Positions 10,755-20,711 are shown, numbered from the stretch's first letter. The stretch is DNA of 64,000 bases from Alphaproteobacteria bacterium (GCA_015062245.1 SUVA01000006.1:1753-65752), one strand, 5' to 3'. Notes: generated from the letters alone by a model not told the origin. Program-made: numbers and translations.

Positions 10755-11944
10755 TCGTTTCTGAACATTGGCAATCCTTTTTTCATCAATGTTTCTTGTT
10801 GTTCCATAAAGGTGGCCAGGTTGATGTTACCGCCACGGATGGTCATACGCATTTGATCGGCCGCAGACGAATTGGGGTTAGCAAAGGCGGTTTTATAGTG
10901 CAGTTTTAATTTTTCAACACCGTCCAAACGTTGATAGATAACACCCAAAATACCACGGGCCAATAAATCGGCCACCAAACCGCTGTCCAATCCGGTGGAT
11001 GAAGCATATTTAATCATAGAGTTTAAAGCATCTTCCACACCGTTGGCGTGAATGGTTGAAAACACCAAGTGTCCTGATGTGGCCGCCACTAAACATTGGG
11101 CTGCCGTTTCAGGCGTACGGATTTCCCCCACCAAAATATAACGTGGTTTTGAACGCAAGGCAGAACGCAAACCCGCACCCCATTGATCGTTTTCAACGGT
11201 TGTTTGTTTGCATAATCCCAATCCGCCGTTTTTGGCGTGATAAAGACCGGATAAAGGCATTTCGGGCGGATCTTCAATTGTAAGTAAAAATCCACCTTCT
11301 GTTTCCAAATAACGTTTCATAATGGCGGACGCAGATGTTGTTTTACCTTGACCTGTTGGACCGGCAAATAAAAGCAAACCTGATGATTTGCCCAGCCCTG
11401 ATAAATGTTTTACAATCTCTGGCGCAAAGCCCAGTTGTTCAATTTCCGGTGCTTTGTTGGGCATTTTACGACAGTTAAACTGAACACCCTCATTGGCCAC
11501 AATTCTTTCCACACGGTAATAATCGCCACCGAATTTGACAGAATAACTGGAAGTGCCGGTATAACCTTGTTCCAACGCCCGTTTAAATTCAGGCAGATCC
11601 GGTGTTTCAATCGGAATCAAAGCAAAACGAGTTCTGGGATCACGCACATAGGCAATGTCTTCCGGCGTGTACCAAATATCGGAAAAGCCTGTGTCATGCA
11701 GGCTTTCGCCCTTAATAACGGTTGCATCAGCACTGATTTGATCGGCTTCATTTGAAAAGGTATGCTCTGCTTTTTTTTCGCCTGTTACAGAAGGGTTGGT
11801 TGACGCACCACCACGCAAAGCCGCCAAAGGATCTTCCGTTGGTGTTTGCATTTGTTGAACGGGCTGTCCGCTTGGTTGATTATTGTCAAGAGATTCGGGT
11901 TGGTTATGGGATAAAAAATTTGGTAAAATTGGTTTGTCAAACAT
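10751..11944 (-). CDS. PilT/DotB-like secretion or retraction ATPase
   Basis: Walker A GPTGQGKTT, TIEDPPE Asp box, ALRSKPRYILVGEIR Walker B, GHLVFSTIH His box. Confidence 0.85.
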   Translation of the reverse strand: MFDKPILPNFLSHNQPESLDNNQPSGQPVQQMQTPTEDPLAALRGGASTNPSVTGEKKAEHTFSNEADQISADATVIKGESLHDTGFSDIWYTPEDIAYVRDPRTRFALIPIETPDLPEFKRALEQGYTGTSSYSVKFGGDYYRVERIVANEGVQFNCRKMPNKAPEIEQLGFAPEIVKHLSGLGKSSGLLLFAGPTGQGKTTSASAIMKRYLETEGGFLLTIEDPPEMPLSGLYHAKNGGLGLCKQTTVENDQWGAGLRSALRSKPRYILVGEIRTPETAAQCLVAATSGHLVFSTIHANGVEDALNSMIKYASSTGLDSGLVADLLARGILGVIYQRLDGVEKLKLHYKTAFANPNSSAADQMRMTIRGGNINLATFMEQQETLMKKGLPMFRND

Positions 11945-11999
11945 AATAACTCCTTTTTCTTTTTAAAATTGCATATTTTTTTTAAATTGTCCAGTAAAA

Positions 12000-12785
12000 T
12001 TATTTTGTTTTTCTTTTTAATGCCATTGCAACAAACGGGCAAAATTGTTTTTTCTTGTCAAAAACGTTTGTTTTTGATATTTTTCCCGTATCATCAATGG
12101 TGGCATATTCTATACTGCTTATCGGTAAGTTTTCTTTGCCTGTGTATTTTAAAGCTATACCATTGGTCAGGACGCTTTGTTGCATAAAACGATTATAATC
12201 CTGTTTGAAATCGGGATTGTTTTGACACAAATAATCGGTTAAAGTTTGGAAAAATACGGCATCGGCACATCCTTGACAGGGATTGCCCCCTTCTTTTCGT
12301 ATGAAATTTTGTTGCATTGTCGGGGCAAAGTGGCTGGCACCTTTGATTGTTAAACAGATATCATCATTTTCTTTTTTTAATTGAATGGATTGAATGCTGG
12401 TTAAAAGACTTTCATTTGACGGTAATTGAATGTTCAGATTTTGCATTTTTTTATTAATAAAATCTTGATGTTTTGCAAATAAATCGCATAACCCCGGTGC
12501 ACATTCCACATCTGCTTGCCACAACGGATAAGTAATTTTTTCTTTTTCTGTATCAATCCCCACAATGATGGCTTCTTTCAACATTTGTTGAAAATTTAAA
12601 AATTGAATATGGTTTTCGGCCAGATTTTCATTTGACCAAACATAAAATCCATTTGCCTGTCCACCAATACCTTGACCGATGGGTTTTGCACCTTCTTTAA
12701 AAAATGATTTAAAATCATCGGGATTTGTTCCGACATGGTAAAAACGGACGCTTTGTTTTTGTTCTAATGTTTTTTGAAGGGTCAT
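12000..12785 (-). CDS. Orphan protein, paralog of 48464..49243; possible ADP-ribosyltransferase fold
   Basis: Shares FYH, DFKSFF[KR]EGAK, GFYVWSN, KYTGK and CPF with 48464..49243; SD GGAGG upstream; fold is inference. Confidence 0.7.
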   Translation of the reverse strand: MTLQKTLEQKQSVRFYHVGTNPDDFKSFFKEGAKPIGQGIGGQANGFYVWSNENLAENHIQFLNFQQMLKEAIIVGIDTEKEKITYPLWQADVECAPGLCDLFAKHQDFINKKMQNLNIQLPSNESLLTSIQSIQLKKENDDICLTIKGASHFAPTMQQNFIRKEGGNPCQGCADAVFFQTLTDYLCQNNPDFKQDYNRFMQQSVLTNGIALKYTGKENLPISSIEYATIDDTGKISKTNVFDKKKQFCPFVAMALKRKTK

Positions 12786-12891
12786 TTTTTCCTCCTTTTT
12801 ATGAAAAAACTAGCATAAAACACACTTTTAGGCAACTTAAAACTTGCTCTTTTTACAAAAAATGCTAAACTCTTTTAAAAAAGGAGGAAAA

Positions 12892-14262
12892 ATGCGTATT
12901 TTAATTGCAGGTGCCGGTGAAACAGGGATTGCTTTGGCCCGATATTTAAGGGCCGAAAATCATGAAATTGTTATGATAGATAAAAATCCGGATGCTTTGG
13001 AAGGTGTTAGTGAACAGCTGGATATTCAAACGCTGACGGGTTCATGTGATTCGCCTTTGATCTTGGAGAGGGCAGGTGCCGACAGTGTTGATATTTTGTT
13101 GGCAATGACAGGTGATGACCAAAGTAATATCATTGCCTGTTCTTTGGCAAAAGAATTGTTTCGGGTTTCCAAAAGAATTGCACGGGTTTCGTCAAATGAT
13201 TATTTAATGCCGAAATATTCTAATTTTTTAAAGGCGTTATCGGTTGATGTTGTTGTATCACCTGAAGTTGAAACAGCAAATCAGATTTTAACGGCTTTAT
13301 CTATCAACGGTGCTACTGATATGACAATATTGGGCCGTGGTTTGGTGCGTTTTTTGGGATTGAAGTGTCGTTCGGATATTCCTTTGTTGGGAAAAACATT
13401 ATCACAATTGAAACGCCAATTGGAGGAATTAAATATATCCGTTGTGGCGGTTGTTCGCCGGCATCAATTGATGGATTTGAAAAAAGTAACCTTACAAGTA
13501 GGTGATGAAGTTTATTTCTTTGTTGATACGGTTCATTTGCCGTATTCATTGGATTTATTCGGTTGTTCGGAAATGTCGTTGGATTATGTTTTGATGTATG
13601 GTGGGGGTTCAGTTGGTTTTCAAACGGCCAAAGCCTTGGAAAACGATTCAGATGACAGCCAAATCACCCTGTTAGAACGAGATAAAACCAGGGCCGGCTT
13701 TTTGGCGGAACACTTGAAAAGAACTTTGGTGATTCATGGGGACGGTTTTGATGATACGGTTTTGGATGATTTGGATTTGCGTGCCAATCAGGTCAGTATT
13801 GCCACCACTCAATCCGATGAAAACAATGTATTGTTATCTTTGATTGCCAAGCGTGCCGGAGTGCGTCGCACATGTGCTTTGGTCAGAAATACCCTTTATA
13901 AACAGTATTTGCGTGGATTAGGGGTTGATATTTTAATCAATCCGAATGCGGTGATGGTGTCGGCTGTTTTGCAATGCTTAAGAAAGGGGCGCCTGCAAAA
14001 CGATTACTTTTTGCAATCGGGTATGGGTGAAGTTTTGGAAATAGAAGCATTAAAAACTTCCCGTATCACCAGCTTGCCTTTTGAAAGGTTAAAAATTCCA
14101 AATGGTGTTCAAATCGGCGGCGTTTTGCGTAAAGGTAAATTTATTCGTCTGCATAAAGGATTTCGTGTAATGGAAGGCGATAAGGTTTATGTTTTTGTAC
14201 AACGTGGTCAGGTGGCCCGTGCCGAAAAATTATTTACGGTGAGGTTGGCATTTTTTACATGA
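12892..14262 (+). CDS. trkA: Trk potassium uptake NAD-binding subunit
   Basis: Two RCK units (IAGAGETG, GGGSVG); ATG 12892 follows AAGGAGG. Confidence 0.93.
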   Translation: MRILIAGAGETGIALARYLRAENHEIVMIDKNPDALEGVSEQLDIQTLTGSCDSPLILERAGADSVDILLAMTGDDQSNIIACSLAKELFRVSKRIARVSSNDYLMPKYSNFLKALSVDVVVSPEVETANQILTALSINGATDMTILGRGLVRFLGLKCRSDIPLLGKTLSQLKRQLEELNISVVAVVRRHQLMDLKKVTLQVGDEVYFFVDTVHLPYSLDLFGCSEMSLDYVLMYGGGSVGFQTAKALENDSDDSQITLLERDKTRAGFLAEHLKRTLVIHGDGFDDTVLDDLDLRANQVSIATTQSDENNVLLSLIAKRAGVRRTCALVRNTLYKQYLRGLGVDILINPNAVMVSAVLQCLRKGRLQNDYFLQSGMGEVLEIEALKTSRITSLPFERLKIPNGVQIGGVLRKGKFIRLHKGFRVMEGDKVYVFVQRGQVARAEKLFTVRLAFFT

Positions 14263-17200
14263 TAAATCAAATTTACAGTGGGGTTCCTGATGGCTATGAA
14301 GCTTTTGTTTTGGTAAAACAGCTTCAAAAGGGGCATGTATTGTATGTGGCCTCGGATGAAAAAAAAGCAATGCGGACTTATGAAACATTGTTGCGTATTT
14401 TTCCAAAAATTCCGGTTTTGTTCTATCCTGCATGGGATACGGTTCCTTATGACAGAACATCACCTTCATCGGATATCGTTGGTAATCAGTTGGATACATT
14501 GATTCAATTACAACGTTTGAAAAAAAACACTGTTGTTATTACCTCGGTGCCGGCTGTTTCTCAATTGATTCCGCCGACTGATGTTTTTTCAAAATCCATT
14601 AAAAAATTGGCTGTTGGTGATAAGGTTGATTTTGATGAATTAAAGTCTTTTTTGGTTCGGTTGGGTTATCAATCCACGGATGTGGTGATGCAGGCGGGTG
14701 ATTTTGCCGTTCGGGGTGAGATTGTGGATATTTTTACACCGGGGCTTTCTTTACCTGTGCGGTTGGATTTTTTTGATGATGAACTGGAAAGCATTCGCTT
14801 TTTTAATCCCACCACGCAAAGAACAACGGATATTTTGAAAGAATTTGAAATAAAGCCGGTACGCTTGTTTGAATTGACCGAAGACAATTGTCATTTATTT
14901 CGTTCACGTTATCGTGAATTATTTGATAATCCTGTTCAGGATATGATTTATCAGGCTGTATCACAAATGCGTTATATGGATGGGATGGAACATTATTTGC
15001 CACTTTTTTATTCCCAAATGGTTTCTTTATTTGATTATTTGCCGAATGCAACCGTTTTTGTGGGGACAACCTTTGAAGAATCCCTTAAAGCACGAGAAGC
15101 TCAGGTCAATGATTATTATCAGGCCAGAAGTCAGTTTCAATCACCCAATGCGCCGGCCTATCATCCGTTACCGCCGGATTTGTTTTTTATCAGTTCGGAT
15201 TCCATGAATCAGTATTTGAAAAAACAAAATGTGATTCGTTTAACACCGTTTCAAAGTGAAAAAAGTAAAAATCAAGGGGCAACACCTTCACGGGATTTTG
15301 TAGATATTCGTGTTCAAAAAGATAAAGATTTGTTTTTGGAAATTGCCGATTATGTGCGTTCTTGTCCCAAAAGGGTGGTTATGACAACTTTAACGGAAGG
15401 GGCGGGGGATCGCTTGGTGGCTTTGTTTAAAGAAAAAGAGCTTGCCTTGAACTTTTCAGATGATTTTAATCAAGCCCTTAAAAAAGCCCCATCTGTGATG
15501 GTGGCCCCTTTTGAAACAGGCTTTCAAACCGAAGATTTACTTGTTTTAACTGAAACGGATATGTTTGGGCAACGCCTGCAATCTTTACCTAAACGCCGTA
15601 AGGCCCAAGATTTTATTGCCGATATTTCCTCTTTATCCAAGGGGGATTTGGTGGTTCATACACTTCACGGCATCGGTCGTTTTGTCGGCTTGGAAACAAT
15701 ACAGGTGGCTGGTGCTGCCCACGATTGTTTGTTGTTGGAATATGCCGAAAATGCCCGTTTATTTGTGCCGGTTGAAAATACGGACGTCCTTTCTCGTTAT
15801 GGCTCAGGTGAGGTGGCATTGGACCGTTTAGGTAATCCTTCGTTTGCCAATCGTAAAGCCAAACTTCAAAAAGACTTAATGCAAATGGCGGATAAGTTGA
15901 TGAAGATTGCGGGTAAGCGTGCCCTACATCAAATGCCAAAAATTTTGGCCCCCCATGGTTTATATCAGGAATTTTGTGCCCGTTTTCCCTATACTGAAAC
16001 AGAAGATCAACTGCGAACAGTTTCGGAAATTGAATCAGATTTATCAATGGGCAAGCCTATGGATCGTTTGGTGTGTGGTGATGTTGGTTTTGGTAAGACG
16101 GAAGTGGCTATGCGGGCGGCCTTTTTGGCTGTTATGGCCGGATATCAGGTGGCTGTGATTGCCCCCACCACATTATTGGCCAGACAGCATACACAAAATT
16201 TTATTCAACGTTTTGATGGTTTTCCTATTCGTATCGCTTCACTTTCCAGATTAGTGTCGGCCCGTCAAAGCAAACAAGTCAAAGACGAATTACAAAAAGG
16301 TTCTTTGGATATTGTTGTGGGGACGCATGCCTTACTTTCAAAAACTTTATCGTTTAAAAATTTAGGGTTGGTGATTGTGGATGAAGAACAACACTTTGGT
16401 GTCAAACATAAAGAACGTTTAAAGGAAATGCAAACAGGCGTTCATGTTTTGACTCTAACAGCCACCCCCATTCCACGCACTTTGCAATTATCGTTGTCGG
16501 GTGTTCGTGATTTATCGGTGATTGCCACACCGCCCGTGGACAGATTGGCCGTTAAAACCTATGTCATGTCCTTTGATCCGGTTGTGATGAAAGAGGCAAT
16601 TTTGCGTGAAAATTTTCGTGGTGGTCAAACCTTTGTCGTGGTTCCCCGAATTTCGGATATGGATGATGTCTATGATGATTTGAAAATACTCTTGCCTGAT
16701 TTGAAAATGGTCAAAGCGCATGGGCAAATGCCCCCCACTCAGTTGGAAAAAATAATGTCTGATTTTACCCAAGGCGATTATGATGTTTTAATTGCCACCA
16801 GTATTATTGAATCCGGTCTTGATTTACCCCGTGTCAATACAATGATAGTCTATCGGGCCGATATGTTTGGTTTGGCCGGTCTTTATCAGTTGCGTGGTCG
16901 GGTCGGGCGAGGCAAACAAAAAGCCTATGCTTATTTGACGACCACGGGAAAATTATCCGAAAATGCCCGTAAACGTTTGGAGGTTATGCAAAAACTGGAT
17001 TCTTTGGGGGCAGGCTTTATGTTGGCCAGCCATGATTTGGATATTCGTGGGGCGGGTAATTTATTGGGTTCAGAACAATCGGGGCATATTCGTGAAATTG
17101 GTGTGGCGCTGTATCAAAAGATGTTGGCCGAAGCCGTTCAATCTTTAAAACACGATAAAACAAAATCGGTGGATATGGATTTTTCACCGCAAATTTCCGT

Positions 17201-17630
17201 TGGATTGCCCGTTTTAATACCGGCCGATTATATCAATGAATTGGATGTGCGGATGGATTTATATCATCGTATGGGTGAAATTCGCACATTGGAAGAAGTA
17301 AATACGATGCGTTCAGAGTTAAAGGACCGTTTTGGTATGTATCCTGTGGAAACGGAAAATCTGTTTTTGACATTGGAATTAAAACTTTTGGCCCGTCAAG
17401 CGCATATCGAACGATTGGATGCGGGTGAAAAGGGTGCAACAATTTCATTCTTTAACAACACTTTCCCGAATCCGGCCGGTTTAGTGGATTATATCAAATC
17501 TCAGGTTGGGACAATGAAAATCCGACCTGATCAAAAAGTGGTGGCCATTCGTTCATGGAAAAATACGGATACCCGATTAAAAGGTATCCGTGATATGATT
17601 CAAAAAATTGCCGAATTGGCCGTTCATTAA
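14259..17630 (+). CDS. mfd: Transcription-repair coupling factor
   Basis: GDVGFGKTEVA, DEEQHFGV, QLRGRVGR, TRCF C-terminus. Confidence 0.97.
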   Translation: MINQIYSGVPDGYEAFVLVKQLQKGHVLYVASDEKKAMRTYETLLRIFPKIPVLFYPAWDTVPYDRTSPSSDIVGNQLDTLIQLQRLKKNTVVITSVPAVSQLIPPTDVFSKSIKKLAVGDKVDFDELKSFLVRLGYQSTDVVMQAGDFAVRGEIVDIFTPGLSLPVRLDFFDDELESIRFFNPTTQRTTDILKEFEIKPVRLFELTEDNCHLFRSRYRELFDNPVQDMIYQAVSQMRYMDGMEHYLPLFYSQMVSLFDYLPNATVFVGTTFEESLKAREAQVNDYYQARSQFQSPNAPAYHPLPPDLFFISSDSMNQYLKKQNVIRLTPFQSEKSKNQGATPSRDFVDIRVQKDKDLFLEIADYVRSCPKRVVMTTLTEGAGDRLVALFKEKELALNFSDDFNQALKKAPSVMVAPFETGFQTEDLLVLTETDMFGQRLQSLPKRRKAQDFIADISSLSKGDLVVHTLHGIGRFVGLETIQVAGAAHDCLLLEYAENARLFVPVENTDVLSRYGSGEVALDRLGNPSFANRKAKLQKDLMQMADKLMKIAGKRALHQMPKILAPHGLYQEFCARFPYTETEDQLRTVSEIESDLSMGKPMDRLVCGDVGFGKTEVAMRAAFLAVMAGYQVAVIAPTTLLARQHTQNFIQRFDGFPIRIASLSRLVSARQSKQVKDELQKGSLDIVVGTHALLSKTLSFKNLGLVIVDEEQHFGVKHKERLKEMQTGVHVLTLTATPIPRTLQLSLSGVRDLSVIATPPVDRLAVKTYVMSFDPVVMKEAILRENFRGGQTFVVVPRISDMDDVYDDLKILLPDLKMVKAHGQMPPTQLEKIMSDFTQGDYDVLIATSIIESGLDLPRVNTMIVYRADMFGLAGLYQLRGRVGRGKQKAYAYLTTTGKLSENARKRLEVMQKLDSLGAGFMLASHDLDIRGAGNLLGSEQSGHIREIGVALYQKMLAEAVQSLKHDKTKSVDMDFSPQISVGLPVLIPADYINELDVRMDLYHRMGEIRTLEEVNTMRSELKDRFGMYPVETENLFLTLELKLLARQAHIERLDAGEKGATISFFNNTFPNPAGLVDYIKSQVGTMKIRPDQKVVAIRSWKNTDTRLKGIRDMIQKIAELAVH

Positions 17631-18022
17631 ATGGCATCATCCTTTGGTGGTGTATAGGTGTTTTCCGTTTCGTTCCAATTATTACCCCATTGGTTGATGA
17701 CGCTGTTTTTAACTTTTGGGCAATCATCAGTTGTTGAAAATTCAATCGTTACCACGCCGTTTGAATTAACGCTTAAAGAGCTAACACATTTATAATCATC
17801 CTTTTTTTTACCGATGGCTTTCCAAATAGCATCATTGTCATAAAATTTTATCATTGTTTTGCCGGTCATAGATGCGATGGATACCAATTCGGCTGTTTGA
17901 TTGGCTTTGTTCATACTAACCGCAGATTGATATCCCATAACACCGGTCATACCGATAATCCCAATTAAAGCCAAAACAGCCAGCATTTCAACCAATGACT
18001 TTCCTGTTTCATTTTTTTTCAT
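17627..18022 (-). CDS. Short type IV pilin-like protein
   Basis: Class III signal peptide ETG|KSLVEMLAVLALIGII with Glu at +5; one Cys pair; own promoter. Confidence 0.8.
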   Translation of the reverse strand: MKKNETGKSLVEMLAVLALIGIIGMTGVMGYQSAVSMNKANQTAELVSIASMTGKTMIKFYDNDAIWKAIGKKKDDYKCVSSLSVNSNGVVTIEFSTTDDCPKVKNSVINQWGNNWNETENTYTPPKDDAI

Positions 18023-18049
18023 GTTATATCCTTTCTTTTTTTTAGAAAA

Positions 18050-18078
18050 AGTATAATTTTTTTAAATCAGAAGGTCAA
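18050..18078 (-). promoter_or_regulatory. Sigma70-type promoter of the short pilin gene
   Basis: TTGACC-17 nt-TATACT on the minus strand. Confidence 0.6.
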
Positions 18079-18085
18079 GATAAAA

Positions 18086-18808
18086 TTAAACTTGTTTTTG
18101 ATTTTTGGTGTAAGGAATAAAAATTCCATCTCTTTTACGGCTGATATGATTGATAAATCCGTTGTAATCATACACAGGTTGAGGATGATTTTGTTCGTTC
18201 ATCCAAATTTTTAACCTTGGTAAATTTTCGGGCGTGCTGATTAAACCGTAAAGGTGCGCTGGGTTTTGTTTGAAATTGACATTTGCCATATAGGCATCAT
18301 CTTTTGCCATTTGGTATTCTGCATCATTTTGTGCTTTTAAAACGAAAATAACACCGGCGGGTAAAAATCCAATATAAGAATTTAAACCGGCATATCCCAA
18401 GACACTCGTTTCCACTTGATCTTTTGTTGTGGCGGAAAATTTGCCCTTTGGATCGCCACTGGTGGGAATTGTCCATAAATCTCTGCCCGAAATAATGCGC
18501 CCGCTTTTGATAATTTTTTCGGCATTATAAATGGGTGTTGCATGAAAAATCAAACCGTCTGAATCAATCAAATTTTTTTCCAACTTTTTGCTAAAAGTAT
18601 GCATCTGTTCATTCCGATAATCTATGTCAGATTGACTATTTCTTCTTAAAAATTTCAGTTTTCCACGAACGTTTGTCAGACGGAATTGAGTTTCCAGCAT
18701 TTTGTGGCGTAATTCAGGAGAATAATTGTTTAAAATCTGCTGAATTTTTTCTCTTAAATATTCAGCCTTTCTTTCCAATAAAAATCTTTTTTCTTTAATG
18801 GTTTGCAT
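18086..18808 (-). CDS. Orphan protein downstream of rho; possible ART-like fold
   Basis: 240 codons starting 4 nt after the rho stop; LIFHAT...IIKSGRIIS resembles the first strand and helix of ART folds (inference). Confidence 0.6.
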   Translation of the reverse strand: MQTIKEKRFLLERKAEYLREKIQQILNNYSPELRHKMLETQFRLTNVRGKLKFLRRNSQSDIDYRNEQMHTFSKKLEKNLIDSDGLIFHATPIYNAEKIIKSGRIISGRDLWTIPTSGDPKGKFSATTKDQVETSVLGYAGLNSYIGFLPAGVIFVLKAQNDAEYQMAKDDAYMANVNFKQNPAHLYGLISTPENLPRLKIWMNEQNHPQPVYDYNGFINHISRKRDGIFIPYTKNQKQV

Positions 18809-18812
18809 CGAA

Positions 18813-20075
18813 TTATTGATTCATTGAGGTAAAGAAATCGTCATTATTTTTGGTCAGTTTTAATTTTTCCATTAAAAATTCCATAGATTCGGTTACCCCC
18901 ATCGGGATTAAAATACGGCGCAACATCCACATTTTGGGCAGTTTATTTTTATCCACCAACAATTCTTCTTTGCGTGTGCCGGATTTTGTTACATCAATGG
19001 CGGGGAAGATACGTTTGTCGGAAACTTTTCTGTCCAAAACGATTTCGCTGTTTCCCGTTCCTTTGAATTCTTCAAAGATAACTTCGTCCATTCGTGAGCC
19101 TGTATCCACCAAGGCTGTTCCGAAAATGGTCAAAGAACCACCTTCTTCTATATTACGGGCAGCACCGAAAAAGCGTTTGGGTTTTTGCAAGGCATTGGCA
19201 TCCACACCACCGGTTAAAACTTTACCTGAACTGGGCACAACCGTGTTATAGGCCCGTGCTAAACGTGTAATGGAATCCAATAAAATAACCACATCTTTTT
19301 TATGTTCCACCAAGCGTTTTGCCTTTTCAATCACCATTTCGGCCACCTGCACATGGCGTGAGGCCGGTTCGTCAAATGTGGAAGAAATCACTTCACCTTT
19401 GACCGAACGAATCATATCTGTCACTTCTTCGGGGCGTTCGTCAATCAACAGCATAATTAAATGGGCATTGGGATAGTTGGCGCTGATAGCATGGGCAATA
19501 TTTTGCAACATCACGGTTTTACCTGTTCTGGGTGGGGCCACAATCAATGAGCGTTGACCAAAACCCTGCGGACAGATTAAATCCACAATTCGGTCGGTTA
19601 AATCTTTTTTCTTGGTATCGTTTGTTTCGTGTTCCATTTTGATGGGCGTTTCGGGATATAAAGGGGTTAAATCATCAAAGTTGACACGATAGCGCAATTT
19701 TTCCGGATCATCAAAATTGACCTGATTGATTTTGGATAAAGAAAAGTATTTTTCATTATTTTTGGGGGCCAAAATTTCACCGCTGACGGTATCGCCAGTG
19801 CGTAATCCATAACGTTTAATGTGTTGCGGGGCGACATAGATATCATCAGAACCGGCCAAATAATTGGCTTCAGGCGAACGCAAAAAACCAAATCCGTCTT
19901 GCATAACCTGTAAAACACCTTCACCGAATAAAGTCGTTTCGGTTTCGGCCAAGCGTTTTAAAATGGCATACATCATATCTTGGGTGCGTAAACTGGCGGC
20001 GTTTTCGATGCCCAATTCTTCGGCATATTGTAATAATTCGGTGGGTGATTTTTTCTTTAAATCCTGCAATTGCAT
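18813..20075 (-). CDS. rho: Transcription termination factor Rho
   Basis: [36 protein letters not shown]. Confidence 0.98.
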   Translation of the reverse strand: MQLQDLKKKSPTELLQYAEELGIENAASLRTQDMMYAILKRLAETETTLFGEGVLQVMQDGFGFLRSPEANYLAGSDDIYVAPQHIKRYGLRTGDTVSGEILAPKNNEKYFSLSKINQVNFDDPEKLRYRVNFDDLTPLYPETPIKMEHETNDTKKKDLTDRIVDLICPQGFGQRSLIVAPPRTGKTVMLQNIAHAISANYPNAHLIMLLIDERPEEVTDMIRSVKGEVISSTFDEPASRHVQVAEMVIEKAKRLVEHKKDVVILLDSITRLARAYNTVVPSSGKVLTGGVDANALQKPKRFFGAARNIEEGGSLTIFGTALVDTGSRMDEVIFEEFKGTGNSEIVLDRKVSDKRIFPAIDVTKSGTRKEELLVDKNKLPKMWMLRRILIPMGVTESMEFLMEKLKLTKNNDDFFTSMNQ

Positions 20076-20132
20076 GATAAGGCCTTTCTGAAAAAAATGG
20101 GAAATAAATCAAACGGACGTTTGATAAGAACA

Positions 20133-20161
20133 ATTATAATTTAAAAATCACTTTTTGTCAA
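20133..20161 (-). promoter_or_regulatory. Sigma70-type promoter of rho
   Basis: TTGACA-17 nt-TATAAT on the minus strand. Confidence 0.75.
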
Positions 20162-20249
20162 GAAAATAAATAATCAATTTTCCCGCTTGACAAGGTGTGT
20201 AAATTATGCTAGTGTGGGGATAAGGCATAAGAAAGGAGAGCCGATTACA

Positions 20250-20327
20250 ATGTGTTTAAATTGCGTTAAAGGTCAAAATAAAAGGACTTTGTACACACAC
20301 ACACACACAAGTAGTTTTGCAAATTAA
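20250..20327 (+). CDS. 25-aa leader peptide MCLNCVKGQNKRTLYTHTHTSSFAN
   Basis: AAGGAG SD upstream; same length and frame as the paralogous peptide at 31944. Confidence 0.7.
   Translation: MCLNCVKGQNKRTLYTHTHTSSFAN
20293..20309 (+). repeat. AC dinucleotide tract, 17 nt
   Basis: acacacacacacacaca read directly. Confidence 0.97.
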
Positions 20328-20417
20328 GTTATGCCTTGGCATAATAAACCCACTGTATGATTACAGTGGGTTTAATTGCGTTTAAATAATGTCAAACAAT
20401 TAACAAAGGAGTAAAAA

Positions 20418-20711
20418 ATGGCATTAGCATTCATAACAACAAAACAAACCGCAGAATTTCGAAAGAGGCATGGCATAGACCCAAAAGCAAAGCTTACAGA
20501 GGAACAACGCCAACAATTGTATACCGAAGAAGTTGTAGATAGATATAAAAGGCTTGCTGAAAAATCAACACTGACGCAACGTTTAAGGGCGGCTTCCTTG
20601 GATGGAAAAAATAATGATAGTATGCAAATTAATCAAAATTTAAGAGAATCTGAACAGAAAAACTCTGAAAACACAGCAGTCATGAATAAAATGAAAAGAG
20701 AAGGCCGTTAG
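20418..20711 (+). CDS. Orphan 97-aa protein downstream of leader copy 1
   Basis: AAGGAG SD; ends NKMKREGR; followed by a terminator. Confidence 0.75.
   Translation: MALAFITTKQTAEFRKRHGIDPKAKLTEEQRQQLYTEEVVDRYKRLAEKSTLTQRLRAASLDGKNNDSMQINQNLRESEQKNSENTAVMNKMKREGR

Larger units (their letters stand above)
20184..20385 (+). promoter_or_regulatory. Repeated leader element, copy 1 (promoter, SD, uORF with AC tract, two hairpins)
   Basis: TTGACA 20187-17 nt-TAGTGT; hairpins 20329-20344 and 20346-20373; colinear with 31878..32070. Confidence 0.85.

Noticed and set aside
20256-20269. CtrA box in leader copy 1
   Set aside because: Spacing is TTAA-N6-TTAA rather than N7, and it is not conserved in copy 2
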